Below, piece by piece: positions 1 to 11,157 of a stretch of DNA of 64,000 bases. Position numbers and translations under genes: made by a program. Position 1 is the first letter of the stretch. Each line of letters starts with the position of its first letter. The notes under the pieces are model-generated. The model searched no databases and was not told the DNA's origin. It was given only the letters and a program-made list of their open reading frames with translations. Origin of the DNA: Ignavibacteriota bacterium (GTDB lineage: Bacteria > Bacteroidota > Ignavibacteria > Palsa-1295); the NCBI GenBank assembly GCA_963776895.1, contig CAVZOL010000009.1, positions 146,030 through 210,029 on the forward strand, in the 5' to 3' direction.

Positions 1-380
1 CTGAGCCGGTTCACGCCAAGCGATCTATACCCTCTCAGCCTGTCTAATGTTACAGTTCCCGGATTACATTCGAGCGTAAATTCGCAATCGCTGGAAATCC
101 TAAAATGTACTTGAAGCGCTTGAATAATGCGCTCAAGCTCGACAGGTTCAAGCAGCGATGGCGTACCACCGCCGAAGAAAATGGTTTTTAATTCGCGCCC
201 GGCGAGATGGGGATATGCGTTAAGTTTTAGATCTATTTCCTGAATCAGGAGATCGGCAAATTCAGAACGGAGCGAGAGATTTTCGATCGAATAAAAATCG
301 CAATACATACACTTCCGCTCGCAGAAGGGAATGTGGAGATAGGCGCTGAGCGGACGATGTATTGGGAACACGTTGTTCAC
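1..380 (-). CDS. hemW: Radical-SAM HemW/HemN-like protein (coproporphyrinogen-III oxidase family), N-terminal part. The gene runs off the window.
   Basis: My own minus-strand translation from GTG at 380 gives VNNVFPIHRPLSAYLHIPFCERKCMYCDFYS...TIFFGGGTPSLL. It has a CxxxCxxC cluster motif and a GGGTPS motif. It is absent from the ORF track because it has no stop inside the window. Its start overlaps the upstream stop as GTGA. Confidence 0.75.
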   Translation of the reverse strand, partial: MNNVFPIHRPLSAYLHIPFCERKCMYCDFYSIENLSLRSEFADLLIQEIDLKLNAYPHLAGRELKTIFFGGGTPSLLEPVELERIIQALQVHFRISSDCEFTLECNPGTVTLDRLRGYRSLGVNRL

Positions 381-679
381 TGCGAATAGAATTTCTTTCC
401 CTCTCGGTCAATATGGTCGCGCAGAGGAGGATATGCAATAGAGTCGTAAGTCTCAACGTCAAACTTGTACGGTAGCGGCAACTCATCTAACTCACCGGCG
501 ATGGAAGCAAGTTTTAATAAGGGAATATTTCCGGAAAGGGCGAGATCGATGTCAGAGTTACGATGGAACTGCCCTTTGGCGCGCGATCCAAAAATTTTAG
601 CCTCCCTCACTTCGGCATGGCAGCGTAACACGCTGCGTATCATTTCTTGCTCAGCTTCGGTTAATCCAAAAAGGTTCAT
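377..679 (-). CDS. MNT-type nucleotidyltransferase, the antitoxin of a HEPN/MNT pair
   Basis: Contains GSRAKGQFHRNSDIDLAL, which matches the GSx10-DxD minimal nucleotidyltransferase motif. It overlaps the HEPN ORF by 4 nt. Confidence 0.8.
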   Translation of the reverse strand: MNLFGLTEAEQEMIRSVLRCHAEVREAKIFGSRAKGQFHRNSDIDLALSGNIPLLKLASIAGELDELPLPYKFDVETYDSIAYPPLRDHIDREGKKFYSQ

Positions 680-1086
680 GCGCGCGAATTAAAAAAGTTG
701 TAAAGTTCCTCAAATCCTTCTACATATCGGTTAGCCATTTCCTGAACCGCTACATCAAAGGCCACTTCATCGTATGTATGCGACAGTCTGTTTCGACAAT
801 CGAGCATGTCTATCCAAAGTTGACCGTCGCTGATGATTTTTGCGCTGAATGCCTCTCGGATAACGTGTTTCGGCGTGGTCTGACTTAAAAGAACGCCACT
901 ATATTCCAAATAGTCCTTCAACGTTTTCCAAGCCAATTCCAGGGTAAATTCAAAGCGTTGTACCGTCCCCTCCTTTTCTAATCTGGAAAGATGGTCTATG
1001 CGATCAAGAGCTTCTCGGAGCAACTCCAGGGCTGTCTTGTAATTTTCAAAACGCTGCTTCCACCGGACATCGGTATCCATAACCAC
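676..1086 (-). CDS. HEPN-domain protein of the HI0074 nucleotidyltransferase substrate-binding family, the toxin of a HEPN/MNT pair
   Basis: Carries an Rx4H motif (CRNRLSHTYD). Its size is about 136 aa. It is translationally coupled to the MNT gene. Confidence 0.8.
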   Translation of the reverse strand: MVMDTDVRWKQRFENYKTALELLREALDRIDHLSRLEKEGTVQRFEFTLELAWKTLKDYLEYSGVLLSQTTPKHVIREAFSAKIISDGQLWIDMLDCRNRLSHTYDEVAFDVAVQEMANRYVEGFEELYNFFNSRA

Positions 1087-1119
1087 ACTTGCTGTATAAT
1101 AGTAAAAACGTATATATGC

Positions 1120-2196
1120 TTAATGTATTAAATTCCCAATGCGGTCCCACCGGATATGCGTCTGCTGCACTTCATCGGGATCGTAGCCATCGCCATTACC
1201 GGATGAAGGTGGATTATACCACGACCAGTAAATGATCATCCCACTACCCACGACATTATCCATCGGCGCAAAACCCCAGAAGCGGGAATCTTCGGAGTCA
1301 TCGCGGTTATCGCCCATCATCCAGAGATAATCGCGTTGCACTTTGTACTCGGTAGCAGGCTTCCCATCGATCATGATCTGATCGTTCATGCCAAGCTCGA
1401 CCTTATGCCCTTCACGCTCGATGAACACTTGCCATCGCTCTATATTATCTTTGTTAACGGGAATTACATCGCCCGTTTTGGGAATTCTAATCGGGCCGTA
1501 ATTATCTTTGTTCCACGGCGCGCCATGTGGAAAAATTCTCTGATCGATTGCACCGGCCTTCTCGGTATCCGATTCGAGGATGGATTCCGGCGGATTCATA
1601 AACGTCGAATCGTTGCGATAGAAATGAAATATCGAATCGTTGACATAGACTTGCTTGTTTTTGATCTGAATGACATCTCCCGGCAAACCCATGCACCGTT
1701 TGATATAATTGACCTTTTTCTCGTGCGGCACGACTTCATCACGGTCACCAGGGTATTCAAACACGACAACATCGCCGCGCTTCACGCTCCACGTTTTAAT
1801 ATGGAGATGTGGAATCTCGGTCTCCGTGAAGGGAATGTATTTCGGTGTCTCTATAAAATAGCCGATCTTGTTCACGAACAGATGGTCGCCAACGAGCAGC
1901 GTATTCTTCATCGAGCCGGATGGAATACGAAAAGCTTCGAATAAAAACGTTCGGATGATAAATGCTATAAGGCCAGCGTAAATAAGCGAGCGTATCCAAC
2001 TCTCTTTTTTCCTTCCAGGAGCAGCCACAGTCGCGATCCCAATTATCGCTAAGAGCGCGCGCCACCACTCCATTTTCTCCCCAGAGACTGCTTGCGGATT
2101 TTTGCCATCGCGTTCGGCGCGAATTTCGGCGTAGGTACGATTGCGTTTCGCATCGCTGGAAGCGGTTCCCGTACCGGTGGTTTTATTGTCAGCCAT
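1120..2196 (-). CDS. lepB: Signal peptidase I
   Basis: Has IPSGSMKNTL (catalytic Ser), YIKRCMGLPGD (catalytic Lys box) and GDNRDDSEDSRFWG. An N-terminal TM segment is present. It lies downstream of lepA. Confidence 0.88.
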   Translation of the reverse strand: MADNKTTGTGTASSDAKRNRTYAEIRAERDGKNPQAVSGEKMEWWRALLAIIGIATVAAPGRKKESWIRSLIYAGLIAFIIRTFLFEAFRIPSGSMKNTLLVGDHLFVNKIGYFIETPKYIPFTETEIPHLHIKTWSVKRGDVVVFEYPGDRDEVVPHEKKVNYIKRCMGLPGDVIQIKNKQVYVNDSIFHFYRNDSTFMNPPESILESDTEKAGAIDQRIFPHGAPWNKDNYGPIRIPKTGDVIPVNKDNIERWQVFIEREGHKVELGMNDQIMIDGKPATEYKVQRDYLWMMGDNRDDSEDSRFWGFAPMDNVVGSGMIIYWSWYNPPSSGNGDGYDPDEVQQTHIRWDRIGNLIH

Positions 2197-2205
2197 GTAG
2201 TTCTA

Positions 2206-4008
2206 TTATTCTGAAATTTGTAACACCGCCAAAAATGCTTCCTGTGGTACTTCGATGCGTCCCACTTGTTTCATACGTTTCTTGCCTTCTTTTTGCTTTT
2301 CGAGCAGCTTGCGCTTGCGAGAAATATCGCCGCCATAACATTTTGCAGTAACATCTTTCCGCAGTGCGCTCACGGTTTCGCGGGCAATGATTTTCGCTCC
2401 GATAGCTGCCTGAATAGCAACTTCGAACATTTGACGTGGAATCAGCTCCCTAAGTTTCGAGCAAAGCTTTTTTCCCCAATCGTAAGCCTTATCCCGGTGT
2501 ACGATGGTCGAAAAGGCATCGACAGGGTCGCCATTGAGCAGAATGTCGAGTTTCACAAGATCGCTGCGACGATATTCAAGAAATTCATAATCCAGTGAAG
2601 CATAGCCACGCGATATGGATTTCAGCTTATCGTAAAAATCGAAAATGATCTCGGAAAGCGGGAATTCGTAGTGAATATCGGCACGCGTGGGATCGATGTA
2701 GCTTGTGGTTTTATAGATACCTCGCCTGTCATTCGAAAGCTTCATGATCGAACCGACATATTCACTCGGCACGATAATTTGAGCTTTGATATAGGGCTCT
2801 TCCACCCACTCGATCCTTCCCGGTTCCGGCATCGAAGAAGGATTATCGACGACCACAACTTCATCGCGTGTTGTGGTTACACGATATTCCACGTTCGGAA
2901 CTGTTGTGACAAGCGATTGCCCGAACTCGCGTTCCAGCCGCTCCTGAATGATCTCCATGTGAAGCAACCCCAGGAACCCGCAGCGAAATCCAAAGCCGAG
3001 CGCGATGGAGCTTTCCGGCTCGTAAATAAGTGAGGAGTCGTTCAACGAAAGTTTGTCAAGCGAATCTCGAAGCTCCGTAAAGTCTTCTGCGGATTGCGGG
3101 TAGAGTCCGGCAAACACCATCGGTTTAGATACTTTGAATCCAGGAATTGCCTCTGTTAAACCATTGCGAAAATGTGTGACGGTGTCACCGACGCGAGTAT
3201 CCTTCACATCCTTTACACCTGCTATAAGATAGCCGACATCGCCCGCAGAAAGCTGCTTCTTTTTTTCGCGGCCCATTTTCAGGGTTCCAAGCTCCTCCAC
3301 GCGATACTTTTGCTTGGTCGAGATGAAGAGGATTTCGTCACCCTCTTTGATCGTCCCATCGAAAACGCGCATATACACAATCGAGCCGCGATAGGAATCG
3401 AACACGGAATCGAAAATCAGGCAACGCAGAGGTGCATTGACATCACCAGTTGGATGAGGAATTCGCAAACGCACCGCTTCCAAAATATCCACGATCCCAA
3501 TTCCCGCTTTTGCGCTTGCCAGAATAATATCTTCACGCTTGCAGCCGATAAGATCCATGATCTGATGGCTCACTTCTTCGATCATCGCCGATTGCAGATC
3601 GACTTTATTCAGAACAGGAATGATTTCTAATCCTGCATCAATAGCAAGATAAAGGTTGGCAATGGTCTGCGCTTCGACGCCCTGGGTAGCATCGACAACC
3701 AGCAATGCGCCCTCACAGGCGGCAAGACTGCGGCTTACTTCATAGGTAAAATCAACATGGCCGGGTGTATCGATCAGGTTATAGGTGTACTCATTGCCAT
3801 CCTTAGCCTGATATTTCATTTGGATGGCGTGAAGCTTGATCGTAATACCACGCTCCTGCTCGAGCGCCATATCGTCGAGCATTTGATTATTGGTCATTTC
3901 GCGGGCTTCGAGCGTATGCGTTTCCAGCAATAGCTTATCCGCCAACGTCGATTTCCCGTGATCGATATGGGCAATGATGCAAAAATTTCGAATGTTTTCG
4001 AGCGCCAC
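2206..4008 (-). CDS. lepA: Elongation factor 4
   Basis: N-terminus [22 protein letters not shown] with DTPGHVDF and NKVD GTPase motifs. The C-terminus is LepA-specific. Length is 600 aa. Confidence 0.95.
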   Translation of the reverse strand: MALENIRNFCIIAHIDHGKSTLADKLLLETHTLEAREMTNNQMLDDMALEQERGITIKLHAIQMKYQAKDGNEYTYNLIDTPGHVDFTYEVSRSLAACEGALLVVDATQGVEAQTIANLYLAIDAGLEIIPVLNKVDLQSAMIEEVSHQIMDLIGCKREDIILASAKAGIGIVDILEAVRLRIPHPTGDVNAPLRCLIFDSVFDSYRGSIVYMRVFDGTIKEGDEILFISTKQKYRVEELGTLKMGREKKKQLSAGDVGYLIAGVKDVKDTRVGDTVTHFRNGLTEAIPGFKVSKPMVFAGLYPQSAEDFTELRDSLDKLSLNDSSLIYEPESSIALGFGFRCGFLGLLHMEIIQERLEREFGQSLVTTVPNVEYRVTTTRDEVVVVDNPSSMPEPGRIEWVEEPYIKAQIIVPSEYVGSIMKLSNDRRGIYKTTSYIDPTRADIHYEFPLSEIIFDFYDKLKSISRGYASLDYEFLEYRRSDLVKLDILLNGDPVDAFSTIVHRDKAYDWGKKLCSKLRELIPRQMFEVAIQAAIGAKIIARETVSALRKDVTAKCYGGDISRKRKLLEKQKEGKKRMKQVGRIEVPQEAFLAVLQISE

Positions 4009-4104
4009 GCTGTCCTAAACCTGTACTTTCTTTCGAGTGAGGCCGCGACAACAGTGCGAAGCGTGGAAATGCTCCGAAGTAGGGTCTATCTATCTTCTAT
4101 TATC

Positions 4105-4509
4105 TCAAACCACCACCGACCCGCACGCCTTGCATTTCTTGGCGGCAAGCGGAATTTTTTCGAGGCATTCGGGACATTCCTTCGTGGGTGGTTCTACGAC
4201 TTTGGGCAGCATGGCCTTCGTGATAATAAATACCACGCAGGCAATAATAACAAAATCAATGGCGTCACCAACGAGGGCGCCATACTTTATAGCTGTTACG
4301 GTTTCCTTGCCTGCGGCATCCACTACGCTCTTGATGACAAATTGCTTTTCGCGCCAATCACCGGCAGGAAGAACAAGGCTTATGATCGGCATGAGCAGAT
4401 CCGAAACAATTCCGGTAACGAGCTTTCCCGTTGCCGCACCGATGATAACACCAACGGCAAGCGCCATCGCGTTGCTTTTGGTTAAAAATTCCTTGAATTC
4501 TTTGAACAT
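4105..4509 (-). CDS. mscL: Large-conductance mechanosensitive channel with a C-terminal CxxC...CxxC tail
   Basis: MFKEFKEFLTKSNAMALAVGVIIGAA is a typical MscL TM1, and DFVIIACVVF is TM2. The tail reads ECPECLEKIPLAAKKCKACG. Confidence 0.8.
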   Translation of the reverse strand: MFKEFKEFLTKSNAMALAVGVIIGAATGKLVTGIVSDLLMPIISLVLPAGDWREKQFVIKSVVDAAGKETVTAIKYGALVGDAIDFVIIACVVFIITKAMLPKVVEPPTKECPECLEKIPLAAKKCKACGSVVV

Positions 4510-4567
4510 AATTCTTTATTGAAAATGATGGGTGAACAGTGAATTACAAATTTACTACCGCAATAGA

Positions 4568-5449
4568 TCAGAAAATCGAATAATTGATCCCGATCGAAAT
4601 TCCTTCCTGAACTTGCGTGTAAGGCGAAATGTCCGGCTCGTTGATGAACGCCGCCGTGATCTGCGCCGAAAACCATTTGCTCACCTTCGCAATGAGGCTT
4701 GCATCTGCATGCACTACCACCCTGTCCAGCGTTTTTATCGGATCGAAGAGATCAAGATCCGATTTGAAAAGAACATTATCATCCAACTGCAGCTGAAGCG
4801 TGCTTGCGAAATCGAATCCACCTTCGATTCGTGTTTTATGAATTCCCGGCTCACTCGGATCGGCGGCGTATTGATTGTAATTATCGGTGATGATCTCACG
4901 AAGTGCAACTCCGAGCCGCGTTTGAAACGCCTTCGATTCAACCCACCCAATGCCCGCGCTTTCTTTGATGAAAGCCGGATCGAAGAAATTCGATACCTCT
5001 TGCGCTGCGCCACTATCCGGATACTGATAACCGGGTGCAAATTGTGTGAATAACGACGCATCCACATACGGATTGAGCGTGCTATCCATCTTAAACGTCA
5101 AAAGCGATTCGAGCGCGATCTCATCGTCGGAAGTGCGGAGGCCCTGTTCATCAATATCCGTCTGCCCAAACGCGAATTTATAGGTATTCGTCCACGTCGT
5201 AGTCGTGGTGGAAGCGTCCCTTACGGACTTGCCCATCACCGATCCCAAATACGCCAGCGCATTGACTCCGCCCGCTTGCCAATGTGCAAAGCTGACCTGC
5301 GTCAAGTTTATCCCGACGACAAGCTCATTATGCCAAAGGGTATCGTGCCTCGGCGGCGAAGCCGGAGGAGTAGTCGTGCCCGTTTGAGCGAACGCGAAGT
5401 TACAGCAAAGAATGCTGAAAATGGAAAACGAAAAGATAAATCGAAACAT
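4568..5449 (-). CDS. Outer-membrane beta-barrel protein, DUF3078-like
   Basis: Has a signal peptide. The INLTQVSFAHWQAGGVNAL motif and alternating beta-strand pattern fit the family. The terminal residue is aromatic (F). Confidence 0.55.
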   Translation of the reverse strand: MFRFIFSFSIFSILCCNFAFAQTGTTTPPASPPRHDTLWHNELVVGINLTQVSFAHWQAGGVNALAYLGSVMGKSVRDASTTTTTWTNTYKFAFGQTDIDEQGLRTSDDEIALESLLTFKMDSTLNPYVDASLFTQFAPGYQYPDSGAAQEVSNFFDPAFIKESAGIGWVESKAFQTRLGVALREIITDNYNQYAADPSEPGIHKTRIEGGFDFASTLQLQLDDNVLFKSDLDLFDPIKTLDRVVVHADASLIAKVSKWFSAQITAAFINEPDISPYTQVQEGISIGINYSIF

Positions 5450-5526
5450 GATAAAAATTGAATAAGTGAAAATTTCCTATATGAAAAAATAATAATGAAA
5501 AGGGTTCGCAAGAACAAATGGTTCTC

Positions 5527-7640
5527 TTATGGTTTTGCTTTTTTCATCTCAATAATCAGCGAGTCGACGGAGCGATTGTATGGATCCATCGCGCGCGCTT
5601 TGTAAAGGTAGGGCAATCCGCTGTCAGGGCCGAATGCATTCGCTGCCGCAACGGCGGTGGTAGTCAGCCCGTCAACGGAAACAGAATCGGGTGGAATAGT
5701 GTGTAATAAATCTAATGCTTGCCACGGCCGGTCGGACTGCAAGTAATAAGCAGCCAAATCGTAAGTATATTTCAAAGTGAGCGGCTCAATCTTTCTTGCG
5801 TATTCAGCCCAGGCAATCGTCAAACTATCTTCACCCGTTCGGCTATAGCGCGCACCGAGTTGAGCCATAACGGCAGCCAACTCCTCGAGATAGGAATTAT
5901 CCGTGTCACCTCGTTCGTCTCTCAATTTCAAAAATTCCTTGAGGATAGTAGATCCTTCGGCGAGCCGATTTGCTTGAATATAATAACCCGCTAAATCCAC
6001 GATCGATCGGTGGATTCTGGTATCGGTTCTGCGTGCATTCAGCGGCCCAGAGAATTGCAGAGCTATCGTCGCCCGCGCGGGTATAGAGACTTGCTAAGCG
6101 CGCCATCATGCCGGCTAATTCCCCATCCGTTCCAGAAGTTGAACTTTCGGACAACTTTTCGAGAATGTTGGAAAATTTTTCTATCGTAGTCTTCGAGGAG
6201 TCATTCAAGGATAAAGCGCGAGCTTCGATGTAATCGGAATTTCCATAATAGGAGCGGTACGTGTAAGCTCCTGCATCAAGCAAACAGGTTTGCAATTCAT
6301 TCGGCGAGGCATTAACAGCTACTAAAACTGTTGTCAATAGCACTCCAAATACTAATGTTTGCGAAAGCAATGCGGGCAGATACGACCGCACTTCCGGTTG
6401 AATGAGAAGCATCGAAGCAAAAAAAAGCAATGGTGGGAAAAATAACGTATAAACATCCCAATCGCGCACTGGTGAAAGCATGGGGTTCATCGCCATGAAA
6501 AACAAAAGCGGAAAAAGCGCGGCAAGACCAAAAACAATCACTCGCGGCTGTGACCAGTATTATTTCTTTGCGATTAAAGATCAGCACGTTTGCCAATATT
6601 ACAACCATTGGCGCTGCGATCAAGAAGAACAGATTAAAAAATCTGCGATATGATACGGAGACCAAATAGAATAATGATTGAGCGGAGCAGGAAAAGTTAC
6701 AACGGGAAGAAAGGAACGCTCGAATTGCCGCGTCGCTCATGGCATACGGCTCATTCCACGAATGGAATAGAAAAAGATAAAGCGCAAGACCAGCAAAGAA
6801 AGTGCGGAATAATGATCACTTTCAAAATCGCTCTCCATGTAAACAAGCGATGCAAGCTTTGGTAACTTATTCTGATAACGGTAGGCAAGCGCCACAAGAA
6901 ACGCCGGGAAAAACAGAAAGGAAATAATGATGAGCTTTAAATGCAAGCAAATAGATGAGGACGAACGCAATCGTTCCAAGCTTTTCTTCCATATAGAAAT
7001 ACAGAGCAACGAAGAAAAGCGTGTAGGTCAGAATTCTGAAGGAATAGTTTTCGACATGTCCAAAGAACACCAGCTCGGCTCCCGCGAACATTCCTAAAAG
7101 CATAAGAACCATACGCAAGGGTCGTAAAAACCGATTATCCGCAGTCGAACTATCATGGTTGATGGTGATCTTCTGCACGAACCATAACCAAATGAAGATA
7201 AAGAGCGCGCCGCACAACTCGCTCATGATCTGATACGACGATTCTATCGAAATCGAAAAAATGTATGCGATAATTCGATGTACTCCGACCGTCAACGCTT
7301 CCTTATTATCTACCCAATGAGGATTAAACACATCCCCAAGCCAGTTCCAATCGAAGGTGCTGTTGGCGCCATACTCTTTCAGCATATAGATATTATCACC
7401 ATAGATATCCGTAGCAATGTTGAAGGTTCGAAAAATCAAAAAACTGATACCTGCTACGATCGACGCTGGAAGAATGTGTACTTTTTGCTCACCCTTGGAT
7501 GAGCCAAGTAAATCTGAGATAGCGAAAAAGATCGATCTCTGTATTTGGGGCACGAGCAGTAAACCACCAAGAATCAGAAGAAAAACTTTCATTGCTGTGG
7601 GAACATAAGCAATGTAATGAATGCCCCACACTGCTCCCAT
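5527..7640 (-). pseudogene. Multi-pass membrane protein with C-terminal TPR repeats, split over at least 4 overlapping frames
   Basis: ORFs 6867-7640, 6312-6740, 5906-6541 and 5527-6000 are collinear on the minus strand. Together they read as one TM-rich N-terminal part plus a TPR-like C-terminal part. Confidence 0.5.
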
Positions 7641-7860
7641 CGGAAAAAACGCTGCGTAGCAATAGCATAGATAAACGAGTCCGCAGCAGCATAGTACCAG
7701 CTCTGTGGATAGCGTTTCAACTCCATGCTTTTCCGCACCTGTTGGATAGAGTTGCTTCGGGCTTTGCTTTCGGCTGGGACGATTTCTTACTCATGATCTG
7801 AAAAATATCGAATGATGTATGCGCTTCACCTACATCTTTGCATCCTTCGGCTTGATTGCC

Positions 7861-9818
7861 TCAGCCGGATCTTTTACTTTTACAGTCGGCAAGCGAACGG
7901 TGGCCATATTTATCAGCTTTCAATTCTTCATAAGCCGGGGTATTGGGAAGGATAGCGGGCGGAGGGTCTTCGCGGGTTCCCGTCAGATAATAATTGATAA
8001 GCTTACGTGCAATCGGCGCGGAGACTACGCCGCCAAAGCCCGCATTTTCCACTAACACGCAAATCGCAATCCGCGGGTGGTCATACGGCGCGAAACAATC
8101 GAACCACGCGTGATCTTTCCCATGCGGATTTTGCGCGGTTCCCGTTTTTCCGGCGATAAGAATTGTTGAATTCGGAATTGCCGCCTCGTGCGCCGTACCA
8201 CCCGGCTCGGTGGTTACGCCAAGCATTGCGCGGCGCACGGTTTCGATCACGGTATCCGGAAGCGGCAGGCGGCGCGTTTTATAGGTTACTGTGTCCCAGT
8301 TTCCTGTTTGCGTATTATAGAAAGCATGTGCGGCATGGGGTTGCACCCATACACCATGATTCGCCCATGTTGCCATATAGCGGCTTGCTGCATAGGGGTT
8401 ACGCCGATTTCGCCTTGCCCGATGCCTTGACTCACCACATAACCTAAGGTCCAGCCGCGTGGATAAAGCTTATTCATGCGCTTCGTGTTGGGAATGAATC
8501 CCGTACCTTCATGGCTGATGTCCACGCCGGTTATCTGATCGAATCCAAACATCTCGCGCATAGCGGTACATCGAATCGATCCCAAGCTTCAAAATCATGT
8601 GATAATAAAATACATCGCACGACCGGACAATGGATTGATGCACATCGACATCCATGGACGGCATCGTCATGATAGGTATGATCGCCAAAGGTGAACGATC
8701 CGGGGCAATCCAGTTTGAAATCGAAGGGAATTGTTTTTGTCGTCAGGCACGCAGCGGCCATCAACAGCTTCCATGTCGAGCCTGGCGGGTAGCGCGTTTG
8801 CAACGCCCGATTGTAGAGCGGGTGCGCAGGATCGAGCATCACATCCTGATATTCTTGTTTCGTCGTCTTTCCAGAAAATAAATCGAGATCGAAATCGGGC
8901 TTGGAGACCATCGCAAGAATATCCCCATTGTTCGGATCAATCGCCACGATCGCGCCATGATACGGACTCGAGCAATTGCTCCGCATATTCCTGCAAATCA
9001 ATATCCATCCCAAGCTGAATGGATTCCCCATCGACACTTGGCACATCGGTAATACCTTGATTCAACCGCGATTGCCGCTGCCCTTTTGCATCGACCGCGA
9101 CGAAATCCACTCCCTTTATACCGCGCAGTTCCGTTCGTGAACTTGCTCGAGCCCGTTCAGCCAATCACATCGCCCGGATGATAGTAATCGCTGTCGGGAG
9201 TGTATCAAGGCATCGAGCATGGACTGCGAAATTTCTTTCGTATATCCAAGCAAATGCGAAGCCCTAACCGGCGCGATATATTCTCGTTTCGACTCGGTAA
9301 CGACATCGACGCCAGGAAGCTGAATCAAGATTTTCCTCGATTTGTGCGATGACACGCGCGTCGGCGTCGCGCCAAATTTTGATCGGCTGAAAACGTGTAT
9401 AAAATCCACCCTGATTGATCTTATCAACAATAAAATTCGTATCGACTCCTAGGATTCGCGCTAGCATCGGCAGCGTCTGTTTCCGATAGGGATCGAAATC
9501 CTGAGGAGTAACCGCAATACTAAATGAAGGAACGCTCGCCGCGACAACCCTCCCTTTTCGATCGAAAATCGTTCCTCGCACCGGAATTTGCTCTATCCGC
9601 TTAAGTCCCTGCTCGATCGCCCGTCCGGAGAGCGCAGGCCCTTCGACGATCTGTAGTTGAACGAACCGAGCTAAAAATCCGAGAAAGACAAAGATGATCG
9701 CTCCGGCCAAAATTCTTCGACCGAAGTGGCGATGCAAATTCATGTTCATTGAGTTCGGGCATTCAATTTTAGCAACAATTCTATTGCTAATTCCATTGCG
9801 TTTATCAATGGTGTTCAA
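7861..9818 (-). pseudogene. mrdA: Penicillin-binding protein 2 (elongasome transpeptidase), broken into six overlapping ORFs
   Basis: Collinear fragments are 9264-9818 (TM plus dimerisation domain), 9116-9430, 8937-9164, 8531-9046 (PGSTWK, an SxxK motif), 8286-8585 and 7861-8376 (GKTGTAQ, a KTG motif). Confidence 0.8.
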
Positions 9819-9828
9819 CTATTAAAAA

Positions 9829-11157
9829 TTATTGAGCTTGCATTGTAACAGAGGCATCTGGTTTTATTCCGATCCATCTTCCAATTCCATAATAGATGCT
9901 GAAAAGTCTTGTTCCCGGTCGCGGAGCAGAAAGAAATGGCGCTTCCACAAATCGGAAAATCACGGCAATAACCGGTATCGAAACGATGAGCACTATCACT
10001 CGCAACAAAAACTGAACCTGCGCGCTCAATAGCTCGCGAATCCACGGATTGGCAAACCACGATAGCTGCATGTGGAACAAATACACCGAATAACTGATCG
10101 TGCCAGTCCAGATCAGTAAACGGTAAAGTCTATGCTTAGGCGATTGCAATTCCGTTTCCTTTCCTGGAACGATGGCAGCCGCTACAACGAATGCAAATCC
10201 GAGGCCGAACAGCAGATCGGTAAACACCCACATTGGCTCGGCAAGCGTTGAAAGAATTGCAATAAAAAGCACTCCAACTGCTACCATGGCGAGTGGCCAG
10301 CGCCGATAGTTCCTGTTCTTTCCGCTCACGAACCACTCCGCAAGCCAAGCGCCGAACAGCCACTCCGGCATTCGGGCGAATAAAAATCCCATCGGAGCAT
10401 ACGGGCCGGTCGATGCAACGCTTATCAGTTGGTAATGAAATACATGCATCACCACATACCGCCAGATGAGCGATATGATCGAAAGAACAATGATCGAACG
10501 CGATAACCCAAATTTTCGGAACGCATACAGAAAAACCGGATACCCAAGATAAAGCTGAAACTCCAACGCCAGCGACCAATACACATGGACGATCCCATAA
10601 AAATACCGATTTAAATACCCATGCGTCAGCGTAAGATGGCTGAGCAGATCCAGCAGCGTTGGCGGATTGCCTACCAGATCCGTTCCATGCGCGGTCAGTT
10701 GCAGCAGAAAGTATGTTCCCACCACCGAAACCGCATACGCCGGATACAACCGCCATAACCGCCGGAGATAAAATTTTCTCCATTCGAACTCGTAGTTCCC
10801 CGATTCGCTAAATTTCCTGGCGTAAGATAGATGGATACTAAATCCACTGAGCACCAGGAACAAACCAACTCCCAGATACCCCCACCGGAATGGCGAGACC
10901 AAATAACTAAAGATCCCTGCCGAATGCGTCCACGGAACCACCCCGATCGAGGGGAACGGATACACTCCATAGTGACCCCAAATATGGTACCCAGCGACCA
11001 TCAGCGCAGCCGTGCCGCGCAATGCGTCGATGGAACCGAGCCGGAGCTTTGGAGACTTCACGTCTCCACGCCCCTCATTTTTTAGACCAATACTACTTTT
11101 AATTCTTTGCTGGTACCGCAGCAGTTCCACCGGAAGTTCCGCCCTGCATGACTGCAC
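9829..11157 (-). CDS. Acyltransferase family 3 (OafA-like) membrane protein
   Basis: Has IDALRGTAALMVAGYH and about 10 TM segments. The real start is probably the GTG near 11061, because the listed start overlaps the upstream gene by 59 nt. Confidence 0.8.
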   Translation of the reverse strand: MQSCRAELPVELLRYQQRIKSSIGLKNEGRGDVKSPKLRLGSIDALRGTAALMVAGYHIWGHYGVYPFPSIGVVPWTHSAGIFSYLVSPFRWGYLGVGLFLVLSGFSIHLSYARKFSESGNYEFEWRKFYLRRLWRLYPAYAVSVVGTYFLLQLTAHGTDLVGNPPTLLDLLSHLTLTHGYLNRYFYGIVHVYWSLALEFQLYLGYPVFLYAFRKFGLSRSIIVLSIISLIWRYVVMHVFHYQLISVASTGPYAPMGFLFARMPEWLFGAWLAEWFVSGKNRNYRRWPLAMVAVGVLFIAILSTLAEPMWVFTDLLFGLGFAFVVAAAIVPGKETELQSPKHRLYRLLIWTGTISYSVYLFHMQLSWFANPWIRELLSAQVQFLLRVIVLIVSIPVIAVIFRFVEAPFLSAPRPGTRLFSIYYGIGRWIGIKPDASVTMQAQ

